Assembly: GCA_032124675.1 (NCBI GenBank)
Contig: JAQBDA010000196.1
Span: 207-64,206 of the forward strand
Origin: Chloroflexota bacterium
Lineage (GTDB): Bacteria; Chloroflexota; Anaerolineae; Anaerolineales; UBA4823
Direction: 5' to 3'
Length of the DNA stretch: 64,000 nucleotides
Below are positions 15,773 to 25,056 of this stretch, one piece after another. The stretch's first letter is position 1. Each line of letters starts with the position of its first letter. Made by a program: the position numbers and the translations under genes. The notes below the pieces were generated by a model, which did no database searches, had not been told where the DNA came from, and saw only the letters and a program-made list of their open reading frames with translations.

Positions 15773-18163
15773 ATGAAAATGAGACAATTCTTACTCACTT
15801 TTGCACTGGCTTTTGCGACTGTTTTCTCTGCCAGCGCCAGCGAGCTGACTCCCAGCCCGCTGCCAGGGGCAGAGCTGCCCCCTGCTCCTGGTGATCCCAC
15901 GGCTAAGATCGACCGCTCAATCTACCAACTGCCGGTCCCGGCAAGCGTGATAGCCCAGGCAGATCGCTACGGCTATATCTACGATGACAGTTTAACCCCA
16001 GCCTGGAAAGATTTGACCTCTGGCGGGACAGAGGCGGAATTTTCCTCCCGAGATGACGACACAGTTGGACCGATCAGGATGGGTTTTGGCTTCAAGTTCT
16101 ATGAGAACGTCTACTCAGAGCTGTATATCAGCACCAACGGCATGCTGACCTTTGGGGAAGCCAGTGACCTATATGTAAACAGTCCCATGCCGCGGGATAC
16201 TTATCCCAACAATTTTGTCACGCCCTTTTGGGATGACCTGATCATGCTGGTGGATAACAGCAGCCAGAAGATCAGCAAGGTATTCTACAAAATGGGCACA
16301 GATACCATCGGGCAATTCTTCTCCGTTGAATGGTACCAGATCGCCCGCCTGGGAAGTCAGGAGTTACTGACATTCGAGGTTGTCCTGTATGAGAATGGCG
16401 ATATCCTGTTCCAATACCACGACCTCGCCGGGGTGATTGACCAGGCAACCGTGGGGATCGAAGATGAGCATGGTGTGGACGGGCTGCTCTATCTGCACAA
16501 TGCGCCTGGTCTGAGCGTATCAAAGGCGATCAAGATTACCCGGCCCGCCGTACCGGAGTGGCGTGCAAAAGTGTATCCGGATTACCGCAGCGCATTTACA
16601 TTTAAGCATCAAACAAGCCTGGATTTCACAGTCCGCAATACCGGGAACATATCTCAGCCGGATGTGTTTGATCTGAAGGTTTCGGCGATGTCTCCCGGAT
16701 GGTCGCTCACATTGCTTGATAGCGATGGTAAGACCCCGTTGAATGATACAGATGGGGATGGGATTGTGGATACAGGCAGCTTGGCCCCGGGGGCTGAGGT
16801 CCAGGTGGTTGTCAGAGTAACCGCACCGGACGCTGCCATGGTCGGGGATTATATTGCCCCTATATTGACGGCAGCTTCATCGCAAAATACCAACAAGAAT
16901 GCACCGATCCAGCTGCAGGTCGCCATACCGGCGCCCTTTGCTCAGGCTTCGCTGGACTTGATGGTCGGGCCGAATGTGCGATTGATCTGGAAAGAAAATC
17001 TATACGGCACAAATCTGAACCAGGGGCAGCAGTTTACCGGCAGCAACCTGTCGTTGGTCGCCCTGCCGGATAAGAACTACATCTATACCTGGGAACACAA
17101 CACCGGCATGATGGCCAATCTGGAATACACGATCCTGAATCGTTTTGGGGTGGTTTTGAAGCCGGTAACGGTGCTCACCGATAACTCCCAGGCTACTTAT
17201 GATACCGCTGACCGGTTCCTCTCCCTTGCCTCCACTTTAAATGGTCGCGTTGGCGCGCTGTGGGTGCGTACGCTCAGCAGAGATGCAGATCAAAAGATCA
17301 ATCAGAATATATACTTTGCGATCCTGGATTCGGATGGCAACACACAGGTCGCTCCTATGAATCTGACCCAGAACAATTTATGGCGGGGTCGAGATGACTA
17401 TGACATGCCGCTGTTCCTGGCTCCGAGAATTATGGCGACCGAAGATAACCGCTTTGTACTGGTGTGGGGTGATGAGCGCAACCATACGGCAGGCAGCTCA
17501 TCAGATATGTACTATGCGGTATACGACCAGTACGGGATTCAGGTATTCCCGATCACAGCCTTGACCACCAGTGTGCCGGGAGAGGTGCGCTACACCACAC
17601 CGGCGCTGGTTGCACTGCCGGGCAGCCGGGCGATCGCAATGTACATAGTGAGCGACCCTGGGGATCCGGATGATCCCCAGGACGATATATCTACCGCGGC
17701 CTATGTCGTATTAAATTCGGCCGGTAGCCTGGTAAAAAGCCAAACCATGATCGCCGGCAGCAAAGGGTCAACACCGGATGGTGTCTTCACGTCTGGTGGA
17801 AATGTGGTTTTTGGCTGGAACCTGACCGGAACTGCGCAGGTGCAGTACGTTCTGTTAGACAGCCAGGCTGTTAACGTTACCAGCGGACCGCACAGCCTGG
17901 CAACGCCTAAAGGCCGTGAAGCAGGTGTTGTATCGGTGACGATGGACGACAGCGGACATGCAGCGCTGACATGGGGTGATGCTGAGCAGAGCGACTATCT
18001 CTCCTATACTCTGATCGATGAGAATGGGTCGATTGCAACACCGCCGATGGTCTTCGCAACCGGACTGGGAAGTGAACCATTGATCAATACCAACTCCTAT
18101 GGGTTTGGGAACGCTCCGTACGACGGAAGCTGGCAGGTCCAGTTGCCTTCCATTCAGAATTAA
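15773..18163 (+). CDS. Secreted 796-aa protein with an N-terminal nidogen-like (NIDO-type) motif set and a CARDB/NEW3-like Ig module
   Basis: Signal peptide MKMRQFLLTFALAFATVFSASA. FKFYENVYSELYISTNGMLTF ... VTPFWDDL ... LTFEVVLYENGDILFQY. Later VRNTGNISQPDVFDLKV...TDGDGIVDTGSLAPGAEVQVVVRVTAP. Function unknown. Confidence 0.6.
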   Translation: MKMRQFLLTFALAFATVFSASASELTPSPLPGAELPPAPGDPTAKIDRSIYQLPVPASVIAQADRYGYIYDDSLTPAWKDLTSGGTEAEFSSRDDDTVGPIRMGFGFKFYENVYSELYISTNGMLTFGEASDLYVNSPMPRDTYPNNFVTPFWDDLIMLVDNSSQKISKVFYKMGTDTIGQFFSVEWYQIARLGSQELLTFEVVLYENGDILFQYHDLAGVIDQATVGIEDEHGVDGLLYLHNAPGLSVSKAIKITRPAVPEWRAKVYPDYRSAFTFKHQTSLDFTVRNTGNISQPDVFDLKVSAMSPGWSLTLLDSDGKTPLNDTDGDGIVDTGSLAPGAEVQVVVRVTAPDAAMVGDYIAPILTAASSQNTNKNAPIQLQVAIPAPFAQASLDLMVGPNVRLIWKENLYGTNLNQGQQFTGSNLSLVALPDKNYIYTWEHNTGMMANLEYTILNRFGVVLKPVTVLTDNSQATYDTADRFLSLASTLNGRVGALWVRTLSRDADQKINQNIYFAILDSDGNTQVAPMNLTQNNLWRGRDDYDMPLFLAPRIMATEDNRFVLVWGDERNHTAGSSSDMYYAVYDQYGIQVFPITALTTSVPGEVRYTTPALVALPGSRAIAMYIVSDPGDPDDPQDDISTAAYVVLNSAGSLVKSQTMIAGSKGSTPDGVFTSGGNVVFGWNLTGTAQVQYVLLDSQAVNVTSGPHSLATPKGREAGVVSVTMDDSGHAALTWGDAEQSDYLSYTLIDENGSIATPPMVFATGLGSEPLINTNSYGFGNAPYDGSWQVQLPSIQN

Positions 18164-18204
18164 TACTTAACATTGACATTGCAGCTAAGGGAGGCCATTG
18201 AGCC

Positions 18205-18648
18205 ATGAAAAAGATCAATCAAACATCAACTGAACGTGGGCAAAGCCTGGTGGAATTCTCGGTAGGCTTAGTTTTTGTGCTGGTCCTGCTGGCCGGGCTG
18301 GTCGATCTGGGCCGCGGCCTGTTCACTTATATGGCACTGCGGGATGGCGCTCAAGAGGGTGCAGCCTATGGTTCGCTGAACCCCACTGAGACCAGCACCA
18401 TCCAAAACCGGGTGTACGGCAGCTCGACCATGCTGCAGAGCCTGGAAAGCCCGGGGGAGTCTCCCTCGCCGCTCGATATCCAGGTGAATATCTCCGGCAG
18501 TGCCTGCACAGGTAATGCTATTGAGGTGATCGTAGTTTATAACGATTTCCCGCTGACGATGCCTTTCGTGGGGTCATTTCTCGGATCGCAGACGGTAGAT
18601 ATTCATGCTTCTGCTGAGAATACGATCTTAAGCCCGAAGTGCCCGTAA
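18205..18648 (+). CDS. TadE-like pseudopilin
   Basis: ERGQSLVEFSVGLVFVLVLLAGLVDLGRGLFTYMALRDGAQEGAAYG. GGGAGG RBS upstream. Confidence 0.8.
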   Translation: MKKINQTSTERGQSLVEFSVGLVFVLVLLAGLVDLGRGLFTYMALRDGAQEGAAYGSLNPTETSTIQNRVYGSSTMLQSLESPGESPSPLDIQVNISGSACTGNAIEVIVVYNDFPLTMPFVGSFLGSQTVDIHASAENTILSPKCP

Positions 18649-18675
18649 TAATGTGTAGTTGGATGGAGGTAGGCA

Positions 18676-19953
18676 ATGAAGAAACGACACTCATCTGAGA
18701 GCGGTCAGGCGATGATTTTGCTGGTGCTGGGTGTGGTGGTCTTATTCGGTTTTGCTGCCCTGGCAGTCGATGGTGGTATGACGTATTCAGACCGGCGCCA
18801 TGCCCAAATGGGCTCGGATGCCGCCTCCCTCGCCGGGGGTGGGGCTGCTGCCCTGTACATGGAGAACCATGGTGTGGTATACGGTAACTTCACCTGCAGC
18901 TCTACTGCTGTGATTAATGCTCAGAACAGCAATGACCCGAATAACCCAGGAGCAAAATTATCCGCCATCAACCGGGCTGCGGACAATGATTACACCCTCG
19001 ATGTGGATATCTCTGACCAGCACGGTGTCATAACGGAATGCGGCATTGATGACCATGGTGGCTGGCAGGATAAGTATATCGATATCAAAACCATGGTCAC
19101 CAAAAATACCGAAACTACATTTGCTCATTTTGTCTTCAGCGGCCTGATGCGCAACACCGTGGAGGCGATCACCCGCGTGCGTCCGCGCAGCCCGGCGGCA
19201 TACGGTCACGCCATCGTGGCGTTGAACCCGGCGAACTGCCAGGGGAATGAAAACGGAGCCGGATTTAGCGGGAATGTAAACACCTATGTAAACGGCGGTG
19301 GTATATTCTCAAATGGCTGCCTGCAGGTGAACGGAGGCTCAGGGACTACTCAGGTTACCAATGGCACCATAAATTACGGAGGGCAGGTCCAGAATCCCGG
19401 CCAATTTTCTCCCGCGCCTCAGCCGACAGATCCCTTACCGCCCGGGTCTTATGATATCCCGGCTCCGGACTGTTCTCACCCCAGCGCTTGGAACGGTACC
19501 GGCAACCAGCTGGAAGCACTGAGCCCGCTCTCACCGGGTCTGTATTGTGTCACCGGCAATCTGCGCCTGAATGGCAATGGTACCTTTGCCGGACAAGACG
19601 TAACGATTGTTATGCTGAATGGAGATATGAATATCAACGGTACGGTAACCGTCCAGATCGATGCGCCTCCCAGGGAACCAGACCCGAGCCCGGCATTGCC
19701 CGGTGTGCTGATCTATATCCCCCCCAGCAATTCGAACCCGATCACCCTGAACGGCACTTCAGATTCATATTTTGAAGGGACGGTATATGCACCAGCATCT
19801 ACAATAGAATTTTCTGGAACCGGCGGAATAGCCGCTTATCATTCACAGTTTATCGGGCTGAACGTCAAAGCATCGGGAACAGCGGATATCGAGGTTATCT
19901 TCAGCGAACCGGAGCAGTTCAGCAAACCCGCTATGCTGGAATTGTATAAATGA
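18676..19953 (+). CDS. TadG-like (Tad N-terminal domain) putative pilus-associated protein
   Basis: SGQAMILLVLGVVVLFGFAALAVDGGMTYSDRRHAQMGSDAASLAGG is typical of the TadG family N-terminus. GGAGG RBS upstream. Confidence 0.75.
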   Translation: MKKRHSSESGQAMILLVLGVVVLFGFAALAVDGGMTYSDRRHAQMGSDAASLAGGGAAALYMENHGVVYGNFTCSSTAVINAQNSNDPNNPGAKLSAINRAADNDYTLDVDISDQHGVITECGIDDHGGWQDKYIDIKTMVTKNTETTFAHFVFSGLMRNTVEAITRVRPRSPAAYGHAIVALNPANCQGNENGAGFSGNVNTYVNGGGIFSNGCLQVNGGSGTTQVTNGTINYGGQVQNPGQFSPAPQPTDPLPPGSYDIPAPDCSHPSAWNGTGNQLEALSPLSPGLYCVTGNLRLNGNGTFAGQDVTIVMLNGDMNINGTVTVQIDAPPREPDPSPALPGVLIYIPPSNSNPITLNGTSDSYFEGTVYAPASTIEFSGTGGIAAYHSQFIGLNVKASGTADIEVIFSEPEQFSKPAMLELYK

Positions 19954-19986
19954 TTTAGGAATTATGCAGATCGTAGGATAGTCTGT

Positions 19987-20014
19987 GATGGATGGGCTGT
20001 TCAGCCCATCCATC
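19987..20014. terminator. Hairpin between the convergent tadG-like gene and the SRP RNA (possibly a bidirectional terminator)
   Basis: GATGGATGGGCT-gttc-AGCCCATCCATC, a 12-bp perfect stem. The flanking T-tracts are weak (ATCTATTT on the + side). Confidence 0.55.
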
Positions 20015-20029
20015 ATCTATTTAAAGAAG

Positions 20030-20136
20030 TACCCGGGCAGGCAACCCGGCGGCACCCAGAATTTCCTCCTTACTGCTGCTTCCTCTCGGACCTGACAGGG
20101 TTCGAAGGGTTCTGCCGCGCCGGACCCACCCGGGCG
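20030..20136 (-). ncRNA. ffs: Small (4.5S-type) signal recognition particle RNA
   Basis: The minus strand reads CCCGGGTGGGTCCGGCGCGGCAGAACCCTTCGAACCCTGTCAGGTCCGAGAGGAAGCAGCAGTAAGGAGGAAATTCTGGGTGCCGCCGGGTTGCCTGCCCGGG. The core GUCAGGUCCG-AGA-GGAAGCAGC matches the domain IV motif of E. coli 4.5S RNA (CAGGUCAGGUCCGGAAGGAAGCAGCC). The 5' and 3' ends pair. Ends are approximate. Confidence 0.8.
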
Positions 20137-20141
20137 TCTGG

Positions 20142-20170
20142 AATATACCTCAGGTCAGATGGCTTGTCAA
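20142..20170 (-). promoter_or_regulatory. Near-consensus promoter of the SRP RNA
   Basis: Minus strand: TTGACA (20170-20165), 17 nt, TATATT (20147-20142). The predicted start site falls at the first paired base of the SRP RNA. Confidence 0.65.
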
Positions 20171-20243
20171 TAAACCACAAGGCTTAAAAAAATACAGGGG
20201 CTATTGGAAGGGCATCGCCCGTCTAATAGTCCCCGTTTTTCTA

Positions 20244-22943
20244 TCAAAGCATGCTGCGCAGCACGCTGTGCAGGATGCCGCCGTTGCGGTAGTACCCCAC
20301 TTCGATGGCTGTGTTCAGCCGGGCGATAACTCTGAAAACCACCTGGCTGCCATCCGGGCGCTCCGCACGCACGGTCACCCGGCTATGCGGCTGCAGGTTC
20401 TCATCCAACTCTTCGATATGGTAGAGTTCCTGACCACTCAGCCCCAGTGTGTCAGCGTTCTCTCCGGGCATGAACTGCAGCGGCAGCACACCCATACCGA
20501 TCAGGTTGGAGCGGTGGATGCGCTCGTATGATTCGGCGATCACGGCTTTCACCCCCAGCAGCAGAGTGCCCTTGGCAGCCCAGTCCCGGCTGGAGCCGGT
20601 GCCGTACTCTTTGCCGGCCAGGACGACCAGCGGCACGCCCTCCTTGCGGTACTGCATGGCTGCCTCGTAGATGCTCATCTGCTCACCACCCGGGAAATGG
20701 ACGGTAACGCCGCCCTCCGTGCCGGGTGCCAGCCGGTTCTTCAGACGGATGTTGGCGAAAGTGCCGCGTGTCATCACCCGGTCGTTGCCGCGGCGCGAGC
20801 CGTATGAGTTGAAGTCGCGCACTGTCACACTTTGTTCAACCAGGTATCGCCCTGCCGGGCTGTCCGCCGGGATAGACCCCGCCGGGGAGATATGGTCGGT
20901 GGTGATCGAGTCACCCAACAGCGCCAGGACGCGCGCCCCGTGGATTTCCTGGATCCCCGGCGCCTGGCGTGCCAGCCCGATAAAGAAGGGTGGTTCCTGA
21001 ATATACGTCGAGCCAGATTCCCAGGTATATAGTTCACCCTCCCCACCCTGGATGGCGTTCCAGGTGGGGTTGCCGGTGAATACATTCGCGTATTTACTCC
21101 TGAACATCTCTGGTTTGACTGCTGTTGAGATCACCTGCTGGATCTCGGCTGACGTGGGCCAAATATCGCTCAAGAAAACTGGTTCGCCGTCATTGCCCTC
21201 GCCGATGGGTTCGCTGCTCAGGTCGATATCCACCGTGCCTGCCAGCGCGTAAGCCACCACCAGCGGCGGCGAAGCCAGGTAGTTGGCACGTACATATGGG
21301 TGGACGCGGCCTTCGAAGTTGCGGTTTCCGGAGAGCACCGCGGCTGCCACCAGGTCTACACTGGTGATGGCTTTGACCACCTCGCCGGCGAGCGGTCCGG
21401 AGTTGCCGATGCAGGTCGTGCAGCCGTAGCCGACCACGTTGAATCCGAGCTCCGCCAGCGGCTCCAGCAGCCCGGCATGTTGCAGGTATTCGCTTACCAC
21501 TCTGGAACCGGGCGCCAGGCTGGTCTTGACGTACGGTTTGACCGTCAGTCCCCTGGCGAGCGCTTTCTGCGCTACCAGACCTGCCCCGATCATGACCGAG
21601 GGGTTGGAGGTGTTGGTGCAGGAAGTGATGGCGGCGATTACAACTGCGCCGTGCTTCATTTCCACCGTGCCGCCATTGGTGCCCATAACGCCGCTGCGCT
21701 GCAGTGCCTCGGGTTGAAGCGCATAACCACGCTCCTTGACCGGGGCAGTCAAGGCGCTGCGGAAGGAGGCTTTCAGCTCTTTTAGCGTTTCCCGGTCCTG
21801 TGGGCGCTTGGGGCCTGCCAGGCTGGGTTCTACCGTGCCCAGGTCGAGCTCGAGCACGTCAGTAAAGTGGGGGTCCGGGGTATCGGCTGTGCGGAACAGT
21901 CCCTGCTCTTTACAATAGCGCTCCACGCGCTGGATGACTTCATCCGGTCGCCCGGTCAGCCGCAGGTAGCGCAGCGTCTCCTCGTCTGCCGGGAAGAAGC
22001 CAATGGTAGCCCCGTACTCGGGAGCCATGTTGGCGATGGTTGCCCGGTCTGGCAGCGACATGTGCTCCAGCCCGGGGCCGAAGAATTCGACGAATTTCTC
22101 TACCACTCCTCTTTGGCGCAGCAGTTGGGTCACGGTCAGGGTCAGGTCGGTGGCAGTGACGCCATCCTGAAGCTTGCCATACAGCTTGAAACCGATGACG
22201 TCCGGTGCGACCATATCGATCGGCTGCCCGAGCATGGCGGCTTCGGCCTCGATGCCGCCCACGCCCCAGCCGACAACGCTCAAAGCGTTGATCATCGTAG
22301 TGTGTGAGTCGGTTCCCACCAGGGTGTCCGGGTAAGCTAGCGGCAGGCCGTTCTCCTGCTTGGACAGCACGACCTGTGCCAGGTACTCCAGGTTCACCTG
22401 GTGCACGATCCCAGTCGCGGGTGGTACTACACGGAAGTTATCGAATGCTTTTTGACCCCAATGCAGGAACTCATAGCGTTCCCGGTTGCGCTGGAACTCC
22501 AGGTCGGCGTTACGCTGCAGTGCATCAGGGCTGGCGAAGAAATCGACCTGCACAGAATGGTCGATCACCAGGTCGACTTGCACGACGGGGTTAATTTTAC
22601 TGGCATCTCCCCCCATACGTGCCATGGCTGCCCGCATGGCAGCCAGGTCGACCACCGCCGGAACGCCGGTGAAGTCCTGCATGACCACCCTCGCAGGCAG
22701 GAAGGGCAGACCGGGGCGCTCAACAGTGCCGGGATTCCAGGCTGCCAGGTTGGTGACATCCTTGTGCGTGATCTCATTTTCGTTGCACTGGCGCAGGACA
22801 GACTCGAGCATTACGCGAATCGAGAATGGCAGCCGGTCTAGCCTGGTCAGGCCATCCTTTTCGAGCTTCTCCAGGCGGTAATACGTATAATCGCCGTGGG
22901 GTGTTTTCAGCGTTCCTTTCGCACCAAAATAATCTTTGGGCAT
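20244..22943 (-). CDS. acnA: Aconitate hydratase A
   Basis: 899 aa. [71 protein letters not shown] are all canonical. Confidence 0.95.
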   Translation of the reverse strand: MPKDYFGAKGTLKTPHGDYTYYRLEKLEKDGLTRLDRLPFSIRVMLESVLRQCNENEITHKDVTNLAAWNPGTVERPGLPFLPARVVMQDFTGVPAVVDLAAMRAAMARMGGDASKINPVVQVDLVIDHSVQVDFFASPDALQRNADLEFQRNRERYEFLHWGQKAFDNFRVVPPATGIVHQVNLEYLAQVVLSKQENGLPLAYPDTLVGTDSHTTMINALSVVGWGVGGIEAEAAMLGQPIDMVAPDVIGFKLYGKLQDGVTATDLTLTVTQLLRQRGVVEKFVEFFGPGLEHMSLPDRATIANMAPEYGATIGFFPADEETLRYLRLTGRPDEVIQRVERYCKEQGLFRTADTPDPHFTDVLELDLGTVEPSLAGPKRPQDRETLKELKASFRSALTAPVKERGYALQPEALQRSGVMGTNGGTVEMKHGAVVIAAITSCTNTSNPSVMIGAGLVAQKALARGLTVKPYVKTSLAPGSRVVSEYLQHAGLLEPLAELGFNVVGYGCTTCIGNSGPLAGEVVKAITSVDLVAAAVLSGNRNFEGRVHPYVRANYLASPPLVVAYALAGTVDIDLSSEPIGEGNDGEPVFLSDIWPTSAEIQQVISTAVKPEMFRSKYANVFTGNPTWNAIQGGEGELYTWESGSTYIQEPPFFIGLARQAPGIQEIHGARVLALLGDSITTDHISPAGSIPADSPAGRYLVEQSVTVRDFNSYGSRRGNDRVMTRGTFANIRLKNRLAPGTEGGVTVHFPGGEQMSIYEAAMQYRKEGVPLVVLAGKEYGTGSSRDWAAKGTLLLGVKAVIAESYERIHRSNLIGMGVLPLQFMPGENADTLGLSGQELYHIEELDENLQPHSRVTVRAERPDGSQVVFRVIARLNTAIEVGYYRNGGILHSVLRSML

Positions 22944-22979
22944 TCAGATCTCCTTACATTTTCAGGATTTACGCAATTG

Positions 22980-23927
22980 CTAGAGAGGCTGTGCTGCGCG
23001 CCGGACAATTGCGTCTGCCATCCGGGTTACCCGCAGCATATACTCGACATCGTGTACTCGGACGATGTCACCGCCGCGTACGATTCCGATCGTCACCGCG
23101 GCAGCGGTGCCTTCCTGGCGCTGCTCGGTCGGCAGGTCGAGCGTGTAACCGATAAAAGATTTTCGCGATGGACCGAACAATACCGGGAATCCCAGGGAGC
23201 GTATCTCATCCAGGCGGTCTAGCAGTTCGAGGTTTTGCTCGACGGTTTTGCCGAAACCGATCCCCGGGTCTAGAATAATCTGCTCGTCCGTAACCCCGGC
23301 TGCGCGGGCGATCTCGACGCTTTCCAGCAGCTCACGCTGGATGTCGGCGAGCAAGTCATCGTATGGGATGCCGATATACCGCCCTCCCAGGCGTTCTTTG
23401 ATCTCAGCATTTGCCCAAGAGCTGCGGTTGTGCATCAGTACAACCGGGACGTTGTGCCTGGCGGCTAGGCCTGCCAGGTCGGGGTCGGCCTTGAACCCCC
23501 AGACATCGTTGACCATGCTTGCCCCGGCTCGAATGGCGGCTTCTGCTACCCCGGCCCGGTAGGTATCAATAGAGACCGGGACGTCCAGGCGGGACACCAG
23601 CATCTGGATGACCGGTATCACACGCTCGATCTCTTGTTCTTCGGTGACCGGCTGCGAGCCGGGACGAGTGCTCTCGCCGCCAACGTCAAGGATATCCACC
23701 CCTGCCTTGACGAATCTCTCCGCCTGCGAGAGTGCCAGGGAGAGCACACCTGCCCCGTTCTCCGGCTGGTCTTCCAGGGGGTCAGCCCCGACCAGCCCGT
23801 CGCCGGAAAAGCTGTCGGGCGTGATATTCAATATCCCCATTACGTAGGTGCGGGAGCCCCAGACGAGCTTCCGGTCTCGGAGTGTCAGGTTGGACGCAAA
23901 GATCATTGATCCCTGGTTATTCGGCAT
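22980..23927 (-). CDS. folP: Dihydropteroate synthase
   Basis: VMGILNITPDSFSGDG, ILDVGGESTRPG, ISIDTYRAGVA, MVNDVWG, ILDPGIGFGK. Confidence 0.9.
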   Translation of the reverse strand: MPNNQGSMIFASNLTLRDRKLVWGSRTYVMGILNITPDSFSGDGLVGADPLEDQPENGAGVLSLALSQAERFVKAGVDILDVGGESTRPGSQPVTEEQEIERVIPVIQMLVSRLDVPVSIDTYRAGVAEAAIRAGASMVNDVWGFKADPDLAGLAARHNVPVVLMHNRSSWANAEIKERLGGRYIGIPYDDLLADIQRELLESVEIARAAGVTDEQIILDPGIGFGKTVEQNLELLDRLDEIRSLGFPVLFGPSRKSFIGYTLDLPTEQRQEGTAAAVTIGIVRGGDIVRVHDVEYMLRVTRMADAIVRRAAQPL

Positions 23928-23964
23928 CGTTCAGTGCAGTGCTGGATTGCAGCTGGCGAGCAGT

Positions 23965-24390
23965 CTAAACCACCAAAGTCAGCGGTCTGTTCAGCCAGGC
24001 CTCGGCTTCATCGATATTGGAGAATAAACTCATTTCAACCCCGCCCGGGGTGGTCAGTGCGGCGATCTGGCGCAGTTTCTGGACTACCTCATTATTACTG
24101 GCGAGGACTGCCAGGCGGATGTTACGCACTGCCGGGTCATTGTTTACCTCGACTGCGTACTGGATTGCCAGGTCGGGTAAATCATTAAGCATTCGCAGAT
24201 CGTACAGGTTGCGGGTCAGGCGGTCGGATTCATAGAGATGGTCCAGGGAAAATTCGCGCCAGTGTTCCAGCGTCGCGGCTGAGAGATCGGAAAAGACGAA
24301 ATTCATACCGCCGTCAGAGCGGCGTGTGACCGTATAGCCAATGCCAGGGGCCGGTTCCCAGTTTAGAGGTTTTACTTCTACATCGTTCAT
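23965..24390 (-). CDS. Hypothetical 141-aa protein between folK and folP
   Basis: Good coding look, 37 nt upstream of folP. No FolB or PTPS motifs visible. The C-terminus (FSNIDEAEAWL) is reminiscent of STAS/SpoIIAA-like small domains. Function unknown. Confidence 0.55.
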   Translation of the reverse strand: MNDVEVKPLNWEPAPGIGYTVTRRSDGGMNFVFSDLSAATLEHWREFSLDHLYESDRLTRNLYDLRMLNDLPDLAIQYAVEVNNDPAVRNIRLAVLASNNEVVQKLRQIAALTTPGGVEMSLFSNIDEAEAWLNRPLTLVV

Positions 24391-24531
24391 GCTGTTTCTC
24401 CTATTCCCGGTATACTCTCTTTCGCTGATAATCTTACCCGGAATCTCCCTGATTGTCAGCGGGTATATATTTTATACGATTTTCCATCAAAATTGAACCT
24501 GTCCAGCGGACAGAGCAGGCACGAAGGTTAT

Positions 24532-25041
24532 CTACACGCCGGAATCGAAGCGCGTGATCTGCCTGCTATCCACTCGGGCGAGGATCTCTGAGATCGTCGC
24601 ACCGACCACCGGGTGCTGCAGGTTGGGAGCCAGGTCGGCGAGTGGGACGAGGACGAATGCACGCTCGCTCATGCGGGGGTGGGGTATCACCAGCTCGGGG
24701 CTGCTGAATACCTGCCCGGCGTAGAGCAGGATGTCGATATCGATCAACCGCGGCCCGTAGTGGAAGGTGGGCAAGCGCCCCAACTGCCCTTCCAGATCCT
24801 TCAGGTAGACCAGCAGGTCCACGGGCGGCAGGTCAGTCTGTGCTTCGATCACCATATTCAAGAAAGCCGGCTGATCCTGGTAGCCCCAGGGCGGTGTCTC
24901 GTAGACCGGTGACTGCCTCAAGACATCCACCTCCGTCGGTAGAGCGCTGATCGTGTTTCCAAGGTTTGCAGAGCGGTCGCCGAGGTTGCTGCCCAGAGCC
25001 AGATAGATCTTATGGGGTGAATTTTGGCCGGTTCCTGCCAC
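24532..25041 (-). CDS. folK: 2-amino-4-hydroxy-6-hydroxymethyldihydropteridine diphosphokinase
   Basis: IYLALGSNLGDR, SPVYETPPWG, RPIDIDIL-type motif (RLIDIDILLY), IPHPRMSERAFVLVPL. Confidence 0.9.
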   Translation of the reverse strand: MAGTGQNSPHKIYLALGSNLGDRSANLGNTISALPTEVDVLRQSPVYETPPWGYQDQPAFLNMVIEAQTDLPPVDLLVYLKDLEGQLGRLPTFHYGPRLIDIDILLYAGQVFSSPELVIPHPRMSERAFVLVPLADLAPNLQHPVVGATISEILARVDSRQITRFDSGV

Positions 25042-25056
25042 AGGGGGCTTCCTGCC

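Noticed and set aside
14636-19953. Reading the pseudopilin cluster as a complete Tad/Flp pilus locus
   Set aside because: No Flp pilin, CpaF/TadA ATPase, TadB/C platform, secretin-like or prepilin-peptidase genes occur in the window. Only minor-pilin-like genes are supported.
23965-24390. Calling this gene folB by position
   Set aside because: The sequence shows no resemblance to dihydroneopterin aldolase (or PTPS) motifs. It is kept as hypothetical and flagged as a finding instead.
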